A stretch of DNA of 64,000 nt, from contig CT868119.1 of NCBI GenBank assembly GCA_000165425.1, positions 248,001 to 312,000 on the forward strand, in the 5' to 3' direction. Shown piece by piece: positions 38,675 through 54,145 of this stretch. The stretch comes from Paramecium tetraurelia (Eukaryota). The notes below the pieces were generated by a model, which did not search any database, was not told the DNA's origin, and saw only the letters and a list, made by a program, of their open reading frames with translations. Both the position numbers and the translations under genes were made by a program. Numbering within the stretch: the first letter of the stretch is position 1; each line of letters starts with the position of its first letter.

Positions 38675-39250
38675 TATTTTTTTAATTAAAATAAATTAAA
38701 TTTAATATGCGGGGATTCTTCACATTTGCTAAATCGTTTATCAGCTTCTCCTCTGTAAAAACTCAACAAATGAAAGTTTCAATTAGATTGTAAGCATAAT
38801 TTTGATTTGAATTTAGAGTCAATCAATCAATTAATTGCTAATTGAGATTGAGTTCCACTTTAACAGCACTTAGAATGGCTAATCTATATGGAATTTGGTA
38901 AAAGTCTTCAATGTAGGAAGTTGATGATGGTAATAATGCCTAAATACTTAGAATCCGAATTAGATATCCACATTTCTCAGCTTATGTCATTGTCTCTAAA
39001 AGCAGAACAACAAACCATACAAACCAACATTTGATTATATTATACATTAATAATAAAAAGATCAATATTTACATTTATTCTGTTGCAATTTGTTTAAAGA
39101 AGTCAAATCTAGAAATCAGGGTTAATCTGATTAATAAATGATTAGAGTTATTCTTTAAAATTAATTCATTGATCAAGGGGATTTTAAGTAAGGAGTAGAA
39201 TGCTGTTAGTATATTAATTATGCTTAGGATAAAAGTTAATAAATATTATA

Positions 39251-39754
39251 ATGAAGTAATTTATTTGGGAAATAATATAATTTGAAAGGAAGTTAGAATA
39301 TTGTCGTTAAGATTTAGCACTTGATTAAGGATTTTCCATCGAATTTTTTCCAGAAACTATCACATATTTAGGATTAAAGTAGTTATTCCATAGAGAAATG
39401 AAAGGATTTTTCAATAGGTATGATTCTGATCGAGATGGAAAATTATCATTCAACGATATTTAATAATTTGTCTAGCCACGATAACTAGAGTATTAGTGCT
39501 TTATAAAGAAAGGTGGAAATTACAATCGATTGATTGAGTTAATTGAAATAGCTGAAGAATATGAGAATTATTTGATAGACAATATTGAGACCTTGGAATT
39601 TTAGGAAAATAATTAGATTTCAATAAAATAATTTTTAAGTTCTAAATTTAAACAACCAACTGAAAAAGACATATGGTTTTTGAATCAAAGATTTGAATGC
39701 TATACAATTGAGGAGTTTTTGGGATATTTTGAATAGTATAAAAAAGCTAATTGA
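39251..39754 (+). CDS. EF-hand protein
   Basis: MKQFIWEIIQFERKLEYCRQDLA...FFNRYDSDRDGKLSFNDI, a canonical EF-hand loop. Confidence 0.8.
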
Positions 39755-39787
39755 CTCAAATTTTATATATATAATAAATATTTATCT

Positions 39788-40720
39788 ATGAATACTTAAG
39801 ATGAAATACTTTTGTTAAAGAAGTGCATTTGTGAATTTTTAAATAAGTTACTCCCCACAATTAAGGATCCGTTAATTTTAACAAGATAAAGACTAAGCTA
39901 ATTTAAAACTGTCCTCTTAGATGAATTGAAAACTATACAAGATGTGTATTATTATGTTCAAACACTTTAATTTCAAGATGGAATGATCATCAGAACTGAT
40001 ACAAAGATCGAGCATTAAAGAAATCCATCAGGAGCTAATTAAGACTATATGAGTTTAAATTCAAACCCATCACTACAAGAAAAGAGAACCAATCCCCCCT
40101 TTGGGTTGAATAAAGGATAAGATCCTCAATTGCCAAATGCTGGAAATGCAATAAATATGAAAACTAACAATACAACAACACTCAATTAACAAAATCAGAT
40201 TGTTGAAGATTAATAAGAAATACCTAAGTTAGGCAAAGATATCTTTTTTAAAAGACCATCAACAAGAAAGCTATCTATTAAGACTAAAGATGTAAAGGTC
40301 TAAGAAAATAATTATAAACCGATTGATGAAATCTAGAAAGTGAATGTTTACGGATAAAAGGCAGATACTTTTAGTGTGTTAAATAATTATAGCAAGAGAA
40401 CCCCATTTTTTGATAAAGAGACCTTGTTAAATGAAATCAAGGAGAGCGAAAAGATTATTCGTAAAAACACTACTACTTTGAATGCAGTTTATAGCAGGAG
40501 CTTTGAAATTTTAACTGGTGACAAAGAATAAAATACAGAATAACTAAACAGTATTCAACAAGATTTACGCGCACAATAGGATTTAAGAGAATTGCAAAAT
40601 GCCTAAAGGAATGCCACATTGAAAGGGTATTCGATTTATGCTAAGAAGGATAAGGATATTGCTAAATAGAGAATGGATGAAATTGCATAAATTAACGATA
40701 AGAAGAAACTATATTTTTGA
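39788..40720 (+). CDS. Hypothetical protein (310 aa)
   Basis: Intronless code-6 ORF MNTQDEILLLKKCICEFLNK...KKKLYF-TGA. Confidence 0.8.
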
Positions 40721-40745
40721 TGAATATATTTAAATATATAGATTA

Positions 40746-42238
40746 ATGAATAAATTATATCCAACAGATAAAACACATCATCAATATGTTGAATACCCTC
40801 AACGTTGGATCCAATTAGTCTTATTTTTATGCGCTTTGCTTTCAAACATTATGTTCGGATTTTCGCTTTCGCCCATTGTCAAGGAAATGTCATTAGTTTA
40901 TTAAGTTGATAGTAGGTAAGAAAATATTAAATGCTATAGATATCTGCAATTTTTGACAATAAGTTTTACTGTCTTCTCAGTAATTATGATAATTCCAGGA
41001 AACATTATTAATGAAAAATATGGAATTCGTATGAGTATTATGATAGGTATCAAATAATTGCAGTATTAAAGGTTGTGCATTGACTTTTATAGGTTCGATA
41101 TTTGCAATTTTCATCAATGTTTCTTTTTGGTTTTTCTTCATTGGATAATTGATTTCTTTGATAGGATTTCCATTCAGATTGATTAGCGCATCAAAATTTG
41201 TTGCGAATTGGTTTTTCCCAGAAAACAGAATACTTATCATGGTTATTATCGCATTAGTTTTTAATGCAAGTTCAGGAATAGCTATTAGAATACCACTGAT
41301 TGTTTTAGGAGACTTTTAAATACATGATCATCCAACAGATGAATAAATTGAGTTAGGAAGAGCCTTAATTGAGAGTTTGATGTTCTTACTTTTCGGGTTG
41401 ATGATTTTATTATGCATACCTCCAATTCTTTTTTTCCTAAGCAAACCAGTCACCCCTCCTAGTTATAGTGCTTCAGATGTATAGATACTTTATATTATTA
41501 GGAATGCGTTAGAGAAGATTATAATAAAGCCAGTGTCATAGTGGCTAGCAATCCGGATTTTATATTGCTAACTATTAGTTTTGCTTTTATCTTAGGAACA
41601 ATCACATTATTTACATTGCAGATGGAATATTTTATATCACCCTTTGATTATTCCCTTAAAGATTAGAGTAATTTGGTGTTAGTCGGAGTGATAGCTGGTT
41701 TGATTGGAGATATTTGTGTTGGAACAGCTATAAAGAAGACTTAATCCTATAAAAAAGTGTTGAGGATTTGTAATATATTAGTGACTGTACTCTTCGGAAT
41801 ACTCATACTAGCCCTGCATGTAAACAAAGTTTTCTTCTTTATTATTTATTTTTTATTGTGTGGAAGTTCTGCTATCATGGCCTTGACTTTTGAGTTCTCT
41901 TGTGAATTATGTTTTCCATTGAGTGAGAACACTACTATAGCCATGTTAGGGTTCTTTGGAAATCTTCTTAATTTCTTGCAAGGAATTCCTGAAATCTTGA
42001 TCCTGAAGGTATTTATTACTTTTCATTGACTTAGGGAGACAATTAACTCTGCTCTACTATGACTATGATATTTATGTTGATCTTGATTGGTAGCTCAAAT
42101 ATATTGACGATGAAAATTAACGAAAATCTCAAGAGATCAGAATAAGATATTCAATTGGATGATAGGATTGAAAAGAAAAATACTGAAGTCAGCTTATTAG
42201 AATAATCAAAATTTAATAATAGCAATGATGATTATTGA
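40746..42238 (+). CDS. MFS transporter, FLVCR/SLC49-like
   Basis: YVEYPQRWIQLVLFL, KYGIR, FIGQ, KFVANWFFPENR, KPVTPPSYSA, FEFSCELCFPLSE. About 12 TM segments and several introns. Confidence 0.9.
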
Positions 42239-42689
42239 TTATATATATAAAAATTAATATAATTTATGCTAAAGGTAATTGGCTTTTTATTATTAATTCA
42301 CTCTGCCATCTCATTAATTAGATATAGAAAGCATTTGATCTACAAGGATATGGCAGATTAATACCATATCCCACTGGATGTATGAATATTTATACAATTT
42401 GTAGATCTTATTAGAAATAATTGTTGGATTTACTTTGAACATGTTTTTCGGAGTTATTTTGGATAAAAAATTTACTAACATTCACCTCTTTCCTCACAAG
42501 AAAACGTACACTTTAAATTTACTATCATAGATATGACTAGGCATTCTAAAGACCTAATTTCAGATAACCTGGTGGTCGAGGAGGAGTGTTATAATCTGTT
42601 GTAAGAGATAAAATTGGAAATTTTGATATATAAAATTGATAAATTTGTGTACATTATGAAATTTGTGTGTGTTTTTATACATTATTAAT

Positions 42690-44044
42690 TCATCTAAAAT
42701 AATATAATGCTCTTGCTGTAAGTCCTTAAACTTTTGATTCATCTTCAGTCTAATTAAGCCAATATTCCTCGAATAATGCTCTGTCTTATGGTTTAGAAGC
42801 ATCAAGCTTAGTCAATTATAAGTATTCAAATGTTGGATGGTCTTTCTATATAAGATTATATAAATGTCTTACTAAAAATGATGGGACTTCAGTTCCTCTC
42901 CATATCCAAGCTCCACTGATTTGAAGATCTGGTACATCTCCATAGACACCATGAATAGCAAATGCCCATTTTTTGAAATGAGGATCAGTTCTTTATAAAA
43001 ATCCATTGCAATTATTTCTAAAGGAGATCAAAACCTTTCCCTCTTATTCAGCCTTAATGTATTTCATAATCCAAATTGACCATCCTTAAGAATCAAAAAT
43101 GGTCCAAAAGTTTTTGAATTCAGCAGCGAAATCTTTAGAAGCCAAAAATTATCTCTTCCAATCGTCAATATTGAAAGTAGATTAAGGTAATAAATCAAGT
43201 TCACATTATTATTTTTTTGGTTTCTCTTCATCATCTTCTTCTTTTGGAGCAGGCTTTTATTATTATGCTTATTGGGCGTTTTAAGCTTATTATTTTTATT
43301 ATTTTTATTGTTATTATTATTGTGGTTATTATTATTATTATTATTATTACTATTATTCATATTAAAATGGGAAAGCTTTTACACAATATTTGGTTTTTCC
43401 ATAATACTACATTTATATATGATTAATTTTACGTCCACAAATGCTGGTAATTCAGAGATGTGTTTGTACCATCTTGAAATATTTGGAATGGTTCCTCTAA
43501 ATTATTTATCAAATGCAAAACTAAATAATCCTTAGAAGTAAGATGCTAAATTTAAATCAGCAATTGTCAATGATTCGCCAACTAAAAAATTATTTGCCTT
43601 AAAATGATTTTCTAATATTTTTAATTTCCAATTTAATTCTTTCTTAACTTCTTCTTACTTTTAGGGTGTTGTCTATTCATAACCAAGGATTGGCAATAAC
43701 AAACCAAGGAGAGTAGGTTCCAATTCAAGGGATGTGAAGTCTAACCATTGTCTAACTTTGGCTTGTTGGAAATCTGTCACTCCAACCAAAGGTGTTCCTC
43801 TGGCAACATACTATAAAATGGCGTTGCTTTCAGTTAGATATCCTTCAGGGGTCTCTAAAATTGGAATCTTGCCAACTGGATTCTTAGCCAAAAAGGCAGG
43901 GGTCTAAGGTAAATAAAGCATTGTTACTTCTAAGGATTTGTATTCTACAAAATCACTGCTGATTTAGACATTGGCTAATTGGGCAGCCACTATTATTTTA
44001 CCAGCTCTTGGATTGCCAAGTATATATGTAAGTTTAAGTGACAT
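42690..44044 (-). CDS. EEF1G: Translation elongation factor 1B-gamma
   Basis: GST-like N-domain (FLAKNPVGKIPILE, LTESNAILQY, FLVGESLTIAD), polyQ linker, and EF1G domain (LDLLPQSTFNIDDWKR, GWSIW, GAWIWRG). Confidence 0.97.
43250..43356 (-). repeat. TAA/CAA trinucleotide repeat encoding the polyglutamine linker of EF1-gamma
   Basis: (TTA)n on the + strand reads EQQQQQQQQQPQQQQQKQQKQQAQNAQQAQQQK on the - strand in code 6. Confidence 0.9.
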
Positions 44045-44302
44045 AAAAATATCTTATTATTTAAATTTTAATTTCTCACTTTTTAATGAACAACAATTCT
44101 TAAGGCATTGACAATGCTCCTAATTCTTTCATCATTCATTGTATCATCTATTTATTGTGATTTTTAACAAGAAGTAGAATTGATACTAAATAATGATGTT
44201 TTAATTGGAGTCATAGGAAAGTAAGTTCATGTGAGAGCAATAAATAAATAAAATAAAGGGTAGATTGAGTATTATTATCAAGAATTGATTTTATTTATTA
44301 AA

Positions 44303-45290
44303 ATGTCCCTCAGCCAATTGTATGGGAAACAAACAATTAATTATGCAAGTACACTATAAAATTAATCATTTTAAGAGAGCTCAGACAGATGAGATCTCCA
44401 AATGATGCACAATCATTTGGATTGCGTCAAGAATTTAATGATTTTTCATAGTTACATCGACAACCTGTTGAAACGAATAAACATTAAAGAGCGAAGTCAA
44501 CACTATAAAACAATTATAGACAAGGTACACCTCTTACAGATCTGGAGGAGATGGAAGGAGAGAAATTGTTTGATTAGTTTTTTAAGTTTAACAACTCTAA
44601 AAGTGAAAGCGATTTCATGAGGGATTCAATGTAGAGAGATTAAAAGCAGCCTCAATCAGAATTTTTAAGATTTGTAGAGAATGCAATAGAATATCATAAG
44701 CAATCTGAATTGCATTTTCGACCTACTATAAAAAAGAATTAACATTTAGAGTAGAAGACAAAAGAACTTACAGTATAGAATAGGTTATTGGCAAGTGAAA
44801 TTAATAGATACAAACAGAGAGAGATGGAATTAAAAAATAAGATAAAAATAATCCAAAAAGAATGTTAACTAGAATTGGGTCAATTGATATAGAAGAATGA
44901 ATGGTTGGAAGAGTTGTTGGTAAAACAAAAAATTGACAATGAGAATTCCTTGTTGGCTGTTAAGAAATCTTTAGAAATGATGTAAGGAAGGTGTATGTGT
45001 CAAAAGGGAATGGCTGATAAGATAATGAAAGAAGTTAAATAACAATCTAGACCATAATATGATCTTCAGGCTACACACTCGTCATCTGAATTAAGCAGTA
45101 ACACTGGAGACGAAGACTTGGACTTTGATTATGTGAGAAGAAGGAAATCTCTATCAAAGGTACTTAAATACATTATAGACAGACATCTGAAGAACATTAA
45201 TTTTAATTAGCGAGAAGCAAGAACTTGAGAGAGTTTGCTAGAGACCAATTTTTTCGAAAGAAACCTACACAAGACCCTTATTATACATGA
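44303..45290 (+). CDS. Coiled-coil hypothetical protein
   Basis: ...QHLEQKTKELTVQNRLLASEINRYKQREMELKNKIK...RKKPTQDPYYT-TGA. Introns near 44349 and 45160. Confidence 0.75.
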
Positions 45291-45308
45291 ATATTAAATT
45301 ATTATATA

Positions 45309-46763
45309 ATGGTTTTCATAAAGAGATTGGTGCCTCTTTCAATTTTGTATTGTTTCGAAGGAATCATGCTAGGACTGATTTTATACAGTGTTCCATCTGA
45401 TTTGATAGATAAAGGTGTTGAGATAAGTAGATACAAGTTTTCATTCATTGTGCTATTACCTTACTTGTTCAGATACATAGTAGGACCTTTGATTGATAGC
45501 TTAAGTTGGGATAAGATGGGTAGAAGAAGAAGCTAGTTGACGGTGTTGTATTTTGGATTGGGGTATGGTTTTGTTGAAAATTCTTAGAGTTCTGTTATAT
45601 TTTTCAAATTTCTAATCGCTAGATCCTAGTACATGGTTTTGGAACATATTCTGGATTGTATGTTTGTTGGCTTGCATTGACATCATAATAGCCGCTTGGT
45701 TAGTTGAAAGTTTAGAGAAGCAAGACAGAGGGTATGGAGCATTGGCTCAATTTCTAGGGATTTTGATTGGAGGATTTATTGGAGCATACATATTTAAGAT
45801 GTTCAATTCGCTTGAATTTTGCAATACATATATTTATGCCATTCCTCAAGAGATACCATATATTACACTCTAAAGTTAAATTATAGATATATTTTAGTTG
45901 CATTCAAGGATTTGTCTTACATTTCAGTAGGACTTGCAGCTGCATGCATTATAATAATACATAATGAGAAAACTACTAATTAGGATGTATGAATGTCATT
46001 ATATTAGATAATCGAAGCTTACAAATCAGCTCTTGGAGCATTTTCGAATCGTCATTTGATCGTTCTCTTTCTGTTTTTTTGTTTTTTCAGAATTGGGTAG
46101 ATGCCAATAGATTTGGCTCATATTCATTTGATGAAAGGCTAATTGACAGAGGGATAAATTCAATTCCTGGAAATACTAACTTTTCCTATTGCTTGCATTT
46201 TACCATACTACATGGCCAAAATGGTCAAGAAAAGTGTGTTGGAGATTAGACTTATCATAGTGTTTTCCATTTATGAGATTGGTATATCTATTTTACTAAT
46301 TATATTCGACTAGCCATCTCAGGAGTATTTATTATAACATTGTTTGCTTCCGAAGAGAATTTCCCATTCCCATACAGAGACACCTTAATGAAGATATCTT
46401 TATTTAGTGTCTGGCTATTAAACTTGATTAATCTCACACTGGCTTAGTCATTCATTTACAAAAGCACTTAAAGTTCTGTGTCTGCAACTTTCATATCTTT
46501 GTTAAGTAGAGATATTTGTAATATTTTAAGCCACTGGAATAAACTTCCAGTTCATTTTTGAAGGATTTGTTGAGTATTTGTTAGCCAATTATAATTATTA
46601 TTTGATTTGGATATGTGGAGTAGGAATATATGCTCTATTTTTTTTCCATCTGGCTTCCAGAGTCACTATGATAGATTAATTGAATTGTGAAGAGTTTAGT
46701 TTAGAAATTGATATAAAGAAAGAGAAACTCCTAATTAACACAGAATTAGCAACTTTGTCCTGA
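45309..46763 (+). CDS. Acetyl-CoA transporter-like MFS protein (SLC33A1/AT-1, AmpG-like)
   Basis: LYCFEGIMLGL, LPYLFRYIVGPLIDSLSWDKMGRRRS, ACIDIIIAAWLVE...AQFLGILIGGFIG. Confidence 0.85.
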
Positions 46764-46895
46764 TAATTAAATATAATTTTTGTATGCAATCATAGTTTTA
46801 TAGATTATTGAGTTAGATTATGTTATTATGATAATGTCCAAAAATACCATTAAAATAAAAGTCTATTTCTTTAATAATTTTATAGTATTATAAAA

Positions 46896-47913
46896 ATGGA
46901 AGATCGATTGATTTAATTACAAGAAGTAAGAGCATTTTAATCTAGTTTTCAGGCATAAAAGATCGAATTTAATTAGACAACTCTTTTTCCTCTTAGGATG
47001 AGAATTTTATGCCTTAATTTAGTTCGAACGTACAAAAGGTACAATAGAGTTTAAACATTATCAAAAATAACAACCTAAGAATGAGGGAAATGTTGAGCAA
47101 ATATTCTATAGCCACTACATCCTCTGTTGAATAAGGTATCCTAAAATTTGAGATTTCTTAGGATTGTCAAGAGAATTAGAGTAGATTATGATGCAAAATT
47201 AACAAATTAGTAAATAAATAAAGGAAGCGATGAAGGATATCAAAGAAGAAGTTGAAAGAAGTAAAAGAGAGAAGGATTAAGAGGATCAAACTGAAACCAG
47301 AATATAAATAGAACAGGAAAATGCATTGGCTAGTTCAGTTTATGAAGTTTTACAGGCTTCTTCTCAGATTTCTTACTAATATTAGATTGGAGTGAGAGAG
47401 AAAATCAAAAGGTAAGCCAGGATTTTAGATGAAAATGCCACAGAATAGTTTTTAAATGAAATATGCAATGATCCATAAGTATCTTAATTTTATCCTATAT
47501 CCAACTAGAAAGCAACATAATTATTGCAAAATAAACTCTATGGAGGAGCTCCTTCAGTTCAACTCACTAGTGCTGTTTCAGACATATAAGAGAAGTATAA
47601 AGACATTCAATAGTTGGAAAAAGTAAAATCTTTAATTATATTTAGTCTGTCTAATTGGTTTTTTAACTATAGTAAGATTTAGCAATCTTAGTTGGGACTT
47701 AAGGCTAAATAACTACTAATATCGAAGGTAGTCTTACTTCAGCCAAATCTTATGTTAACAAAGCCAAAGATGATCTTATAGATGCAGAAGGTGATCATAA
47801 ATCAGCTAAAAAGGTATTCATACATGCAATTCTTCTAGAAAATCTGTTGTATTATCCTAATAGGTGTTGTAATTTTGGCTGTAATTATTGGACCTATAGT
47901 TGCCACAGCATGA
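46896..47913 (+). CDS. Syntaxin (Qa-SNARE, syntaxin-1-like)
   Basis: MEDRL N-peptide, Habc helices, SNARE motif AVSDIQEKYKDIQQLEK/SVQLVFQLQQDLAILVGTQGQITTNIE, C-terminal TM ICCIILIGVVILAVIIGPIV. Confidence 0.93.
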
Positions 47914-48115
47914 ACTATTCATTTTATAAAATTGTTATTTCCTTTTAATTTTTAAATAAGGATAATCCATTCTTCTTATGATATCCTTTAAGTCGATTAT
48001 ATAATATCTCTATTTTAATAGTATAATTTGTAAAATTTAACTACTTGGATACATCAAAAAAGATCAATGAATATTTATAATGATGTTTTCGAAAAATTTG
48101 ATTTAATACTAAATA

Positions 48116-49909
<1,794 letters not shown>

Positions 49910-49958
49910 TTTCTAAGAATAAGCAAACTTTGTTAAAAATATTATTATTTATTTTTTC

Positions 49959-52902
49959 ATGTCCTTCAACACTAATGACCTTTTAGACAATTACAAAATT
50001 TCATTATATAAGGAATTATAATCCAATCTCAAGAGGTCTAAATTTTTGAAGAAAAAAGATGTAATTGGTGAATTAACTTTCAATAGTATAATAGAATTGA
50101 AAACAGTTTGAATTCATAACCTATTTTTGAGAATGGCCCCCGACTAGCCATTATTAAACCGTGTTTGACTAAAGAAGATTCAAATTCAATCATGGCCCTA
50201 AGTGGATCAACCTAAAGTTCTGTTAATAGAGATTTGAATGAAAATAATAGCAAGGAGTCGATCGTAGAACAATATACAAGTTTAGCCGTCTAAATTCTAA
50301 ATGCAATTTCAGCATTATCTGATAATCAATAGAGAGGTAAGGTGATCAAGCATTTCCTTTCAATTTCTACTACGTATTAAAAATACGAAAGGATGAGGCA
50401 TATTGAAAAAGAACTTCCTCCTAAACTCATTTACTACCTTTAAACCAAATTCTCTCTTGATATATTTAAGCAATTGAACGATTCATACAAAATGGTATTT
50501 CTAATCACTTAAACTAGCAATTGGATCAATCAATATCGAATGTCTTATTCTTTGAGGCTGCCGTTGAAACTGAAAACAAAGCTCTTTACAACTCTTCCTT
50601 TTTAGCTTCTTAATTGTTGCTATTGTACTCTTCAAAAGCTTAATGTACATTTATTTATTCTATTTCAAGAAAATGGTATTAAATAGAGAATAATATTCCT
50701 AAATTTTACTGGCATCTAGAATGAGGATGCCGAGCTTCACAAGGCTTACTCTAAGGATGAATGTCTCTACATCTCATTATAAAGAAAAAAAAATCCAATT
50801 TTTCAAGTTCCAAATGAAGTGCTGAGTTCAAATGAATCGAATTTTAAGACTATATACCTAGAAGACAATCAGGAGGAATTGACATGGTAACAATTCAGAA
50901 TTATTTACAAATACTAAATTAAAAGGAATATCAAAAATTTTAAGTCAAACTTATTCATTCTATCAATTGCAAAACAATTAGACTGTGTAATTTTTTATAG
51001 TATCATAGTAAAGTTACTTCAGATTTACTGAGGATTGCATAATCAAAATGATATCGAAGCTCTCAATCCTAGCCAAAGATAAATTGATAATACATTCCTA
51101 TATTAGTAAAAGTTCATCTATTCAATACCAAAATTACAATGCATCTACTCAATACCAAAATTATGATGCCTCTACTTAATTCCAAAATTACGATGCATTA
51201 TTAGAAGCATAAAATGCAGAACTAATATGTTACATCAATAGTTTAGAATAAGGTATATTGTCTCAAGAAATCTTTCTGAATCAAGACAAGTTTGATTTGT
51301 AAACAGACAGCACAGAATTAAGGCAATTTGATGATTGGGTTCAAAATTTAATATAGGGAAATACTAAATTTTTTAAGCCAGATTAGCAAGAATTAATTCA
51401 AAGAGAAAGAAGAAATTTAAAACTTGATTCCTAATTTGAATAAGTCAATGATCTATCCGCCATTAAACTTGGAGTGTATATTTTTAAGGTTAGCGAATAT
51501 TGTGAGTAGGATCAGATAATTTACTTAACTTATGAGGATAAGAATCTTTAGTTTTTCACTAACTCCATATTATATGTGGATTACATTGGAAGGTAAATAG
51601 TCTTGTTGCAATATGAGGAATCTGTGTACTATGTATATTATACAGAATTCTAAGACAACGACTCAAATAAACTAATACAAAAGGATTAAAATTGGTAAAT
51701 TTGAGTATTATTTTAAATTAGTTAAAGGATAAATTTGTCAGAACTATTAAAAGATTAAGAATATTTGGATGATTCAATAATTCTTGACTCTTCTTTAATT
51801 GTAAAAGAGCAGAAAGTGTATATTATTTACAACAAAGATGCTTCGAAAATCTTTAGGATTGAGTTGAATAATTCTTCTGCTGTTATTTTGAAAAGGAGGG
51901 ACTTGAATAGTTTGAGATTAAGACCTAAAAGTTAAGAAAAGTTTTAGAATCTAATTCATTAGCGTTAGGAATAAGTTGAGAAAATAGTTTAAAAAAGAAG
52001 AAAGCCTGCTATTGTTTAATAACCTTGCGTTGATGGATTTGATTTTATAATTTTCGGAGGAGAATTCGCTCAGTACCAACTTATTAATTTATGTTAGTTC
52101 CAATCAGTTTTGTAATCTTGTTGAATTGCTATAAGTTGAAAGCCATGGTTTTTCTTCAGTGACTATTCCTAAGGATATTCTATTTTAGAAATGTGGTTAT
52201 TACATCCCTTGGCCAAACATGATAGTTTTAGTAAATACTACATCTCCAAAACAGTATATTCTATTACCTGGTGATTATAATAACAAGACTCATTGTTATA
52301 ATTAAGTCATCAATAAGGAGCATCAAGAAAAAGCAATATTAATTACATCTGGTCGAGATACATTATAATTTCAAATCGACTATTTGAAGATTGAGTATAA
52401 GGTTAATTAGCCTGAAACAAATGTCTAGCAGATTGAGTTGGATGAAAGATAGACCAAAAAAAGAAAACCAATTCCTATTCAATATTTTTCAGGAAGTTAA
52501 ATTAATATTAAGAATTCTCTTAACTTGGAATAAAAATGGAATATTGCTATCACCATGTTAGAAAACGGATATTCAAAATTTGTGTAATTATTCGTATTTG
52601 CTGAAATTAAGATTGAGATTGAAGGTTAAAGAAAGCAATTATCAATTACATAATCAATCGTTTATGATGGAATTACATAATCAATCAAGCATGGTACTTG
52701 TAAATAAAATGAATACCCACTCAAACGATATTGTTTTGCGAAATTTCAAAAAAAAGAAAACACTCTTGATGAGTATGGTAGAGAAAAAGGATAACTCATG
52801 GATAGAGTAACCTCGGTTGAATCGGGCTCAAATTATCAGTAAGAAACTCAATAAAGTAACGAAAAATAATATCCATCTAAGCCCAAACCCTAATTCAATT
52901 GA
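49959..52902 (+). CDS. Large hypothetical protein; C-terminal half possibly a Kelch-like beta-propeller
   Basis: Multi-exon code-6 frame ending PSKPKPQFN-TGA. Motifs RRKPAIV...FIIFGGE and QKVYIIYNK. Confidence 0.65.
51117..51197 (+). repeat. 27-bp tandem repeat x3 (coding)
   Basis: tctattcaataccaaaattacaatgca / tctactcaataccaaaattatgatgcc / tctacttaattccaaaattacgatgca, encoding SIQYQNYNA STQYQNYDA STQFQNYDA. Confidence 0.9.
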
Positions 52903-53196
52903 ATCATATAAAGTTATAGATATTCCTAATATTGATCATTCTAATCTATTATTCTATTTTAAACATTCAATATATTAATGGATTAGGTTTATTCTATTAG
53001 AATTTTGTTGATTCTATTTATCCACAATAATAAGTTTATTTTTTAAATTGATTTATGTTTAATATTAATTTAATTAGAGGTATTAATAATCATTAATTCA
53101 TAATTAAAAATTGCAAGTAAATGATGAAATCAAATAATAATAAATTATTTATAAATTAATTGAGTTGATAAGATTTTTGAATAATAATATTTATAA

Positions 53197-53664
53197 ATGG
53201 ATAGAAGTTAGTAAGAAGAAGAGAATAAGAATTAGAACCCATTGGTTTAATACTCGAATTCATTGTTATTTCCATCTTTAGGGTTATCCTGTCCTTCATA
53301 GTTCTTACCAACTTATTCTATAGATACTTGCTTCATTCTCTCCCAAGAAGTTCAATCTACAATATTTTAATTAGAGACACAAATGATTCCTAAAAAGAAA
53401 ACCATGGAAAAAATTCTAAGGATTTCAAAAAGAATTCAAAGAAAAACTAAAAAAAATCAGAATTCTAAAATTATTGCCAATCCAGTTCTAAACGAGATTC
53501 GAGATCTTATAATCTAAGTTAAATCGGATACTCCTTTCTACCGAATCAAAGTTGTTTAAAAATTGAAATCTGTGATTGAAAATCTAGAAAATCTGTTAGA
53601 AAATATAAAACATCAACTCATTGATTAGCTTTAAGATTAGGAGTCCCACATAATTATTCAATGA
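53197..53664 (+). CDS. Hypothetical protein (155 aa; basic patch plus coiled coil)
   Basis: Intronless ORF MDRSQQEEENK...ISKRIQRKTKK...LKSVIENLENLLENIKHQL...-TGA. Confidence 0.75.
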
Positions 53665-54145
53665 AATTTTATACAATAATTTAACTTATGAATAGTTTTT
53701 CTTTTTGTATTAATGGTATTTTCCTTATGAATTCATAATAATAATGATACTTAAGATTATTATAACAGCATTACTTGCCTTTATTGTTAAAAAATGGAAT
53801 AAACATAATTTTTGTCTTATGAATAGAGATTACCATAAGTAGTTTTAGGCTTTGGTGTTCTAAATAAATTTTTTAATTAATGATATCCATTATGTGCTAG
53901 TAGGGTGAACAATTATATATAACTACATTGAGGAGAGTTTATAAGCGAAAAGACAATAGGATAATATGATCAATATGTTAATATACGGTGGGGTTTAGAT
54001 AGGAAATAAGAAGATTATAAATGTAATTGAATTTACTTTATTTTTGTTTTTAACTATTAAAATACTAGTTTAAAAATAATTGATTATTGCTTCAATGATT
54101 CTATGATAGTCTGGTTTTGGTTAAGAATTCTCTATTTATTATATA

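Noticed and set aside
42297..42682. Possible small - strand gene between the MFS gene and EF1-gamma
   Set aside because: No consistent spliced frame found, and the candidate ATG lies only 7 bp after the EF1G stop.
43064..43535. Poly-Asn, poly-Ile and poly-Leu ORFs in the ORF track
   Set aside because: They are off-frame or antisense readings of the TAA-rich polyQ linker of EF1-gamma.
52881..52893. cccaaaccctaa resembling a telomeric repeat
   Set aside because: Only about 2 imperfect units, and it encodes PKPQ at the end of a CDS.
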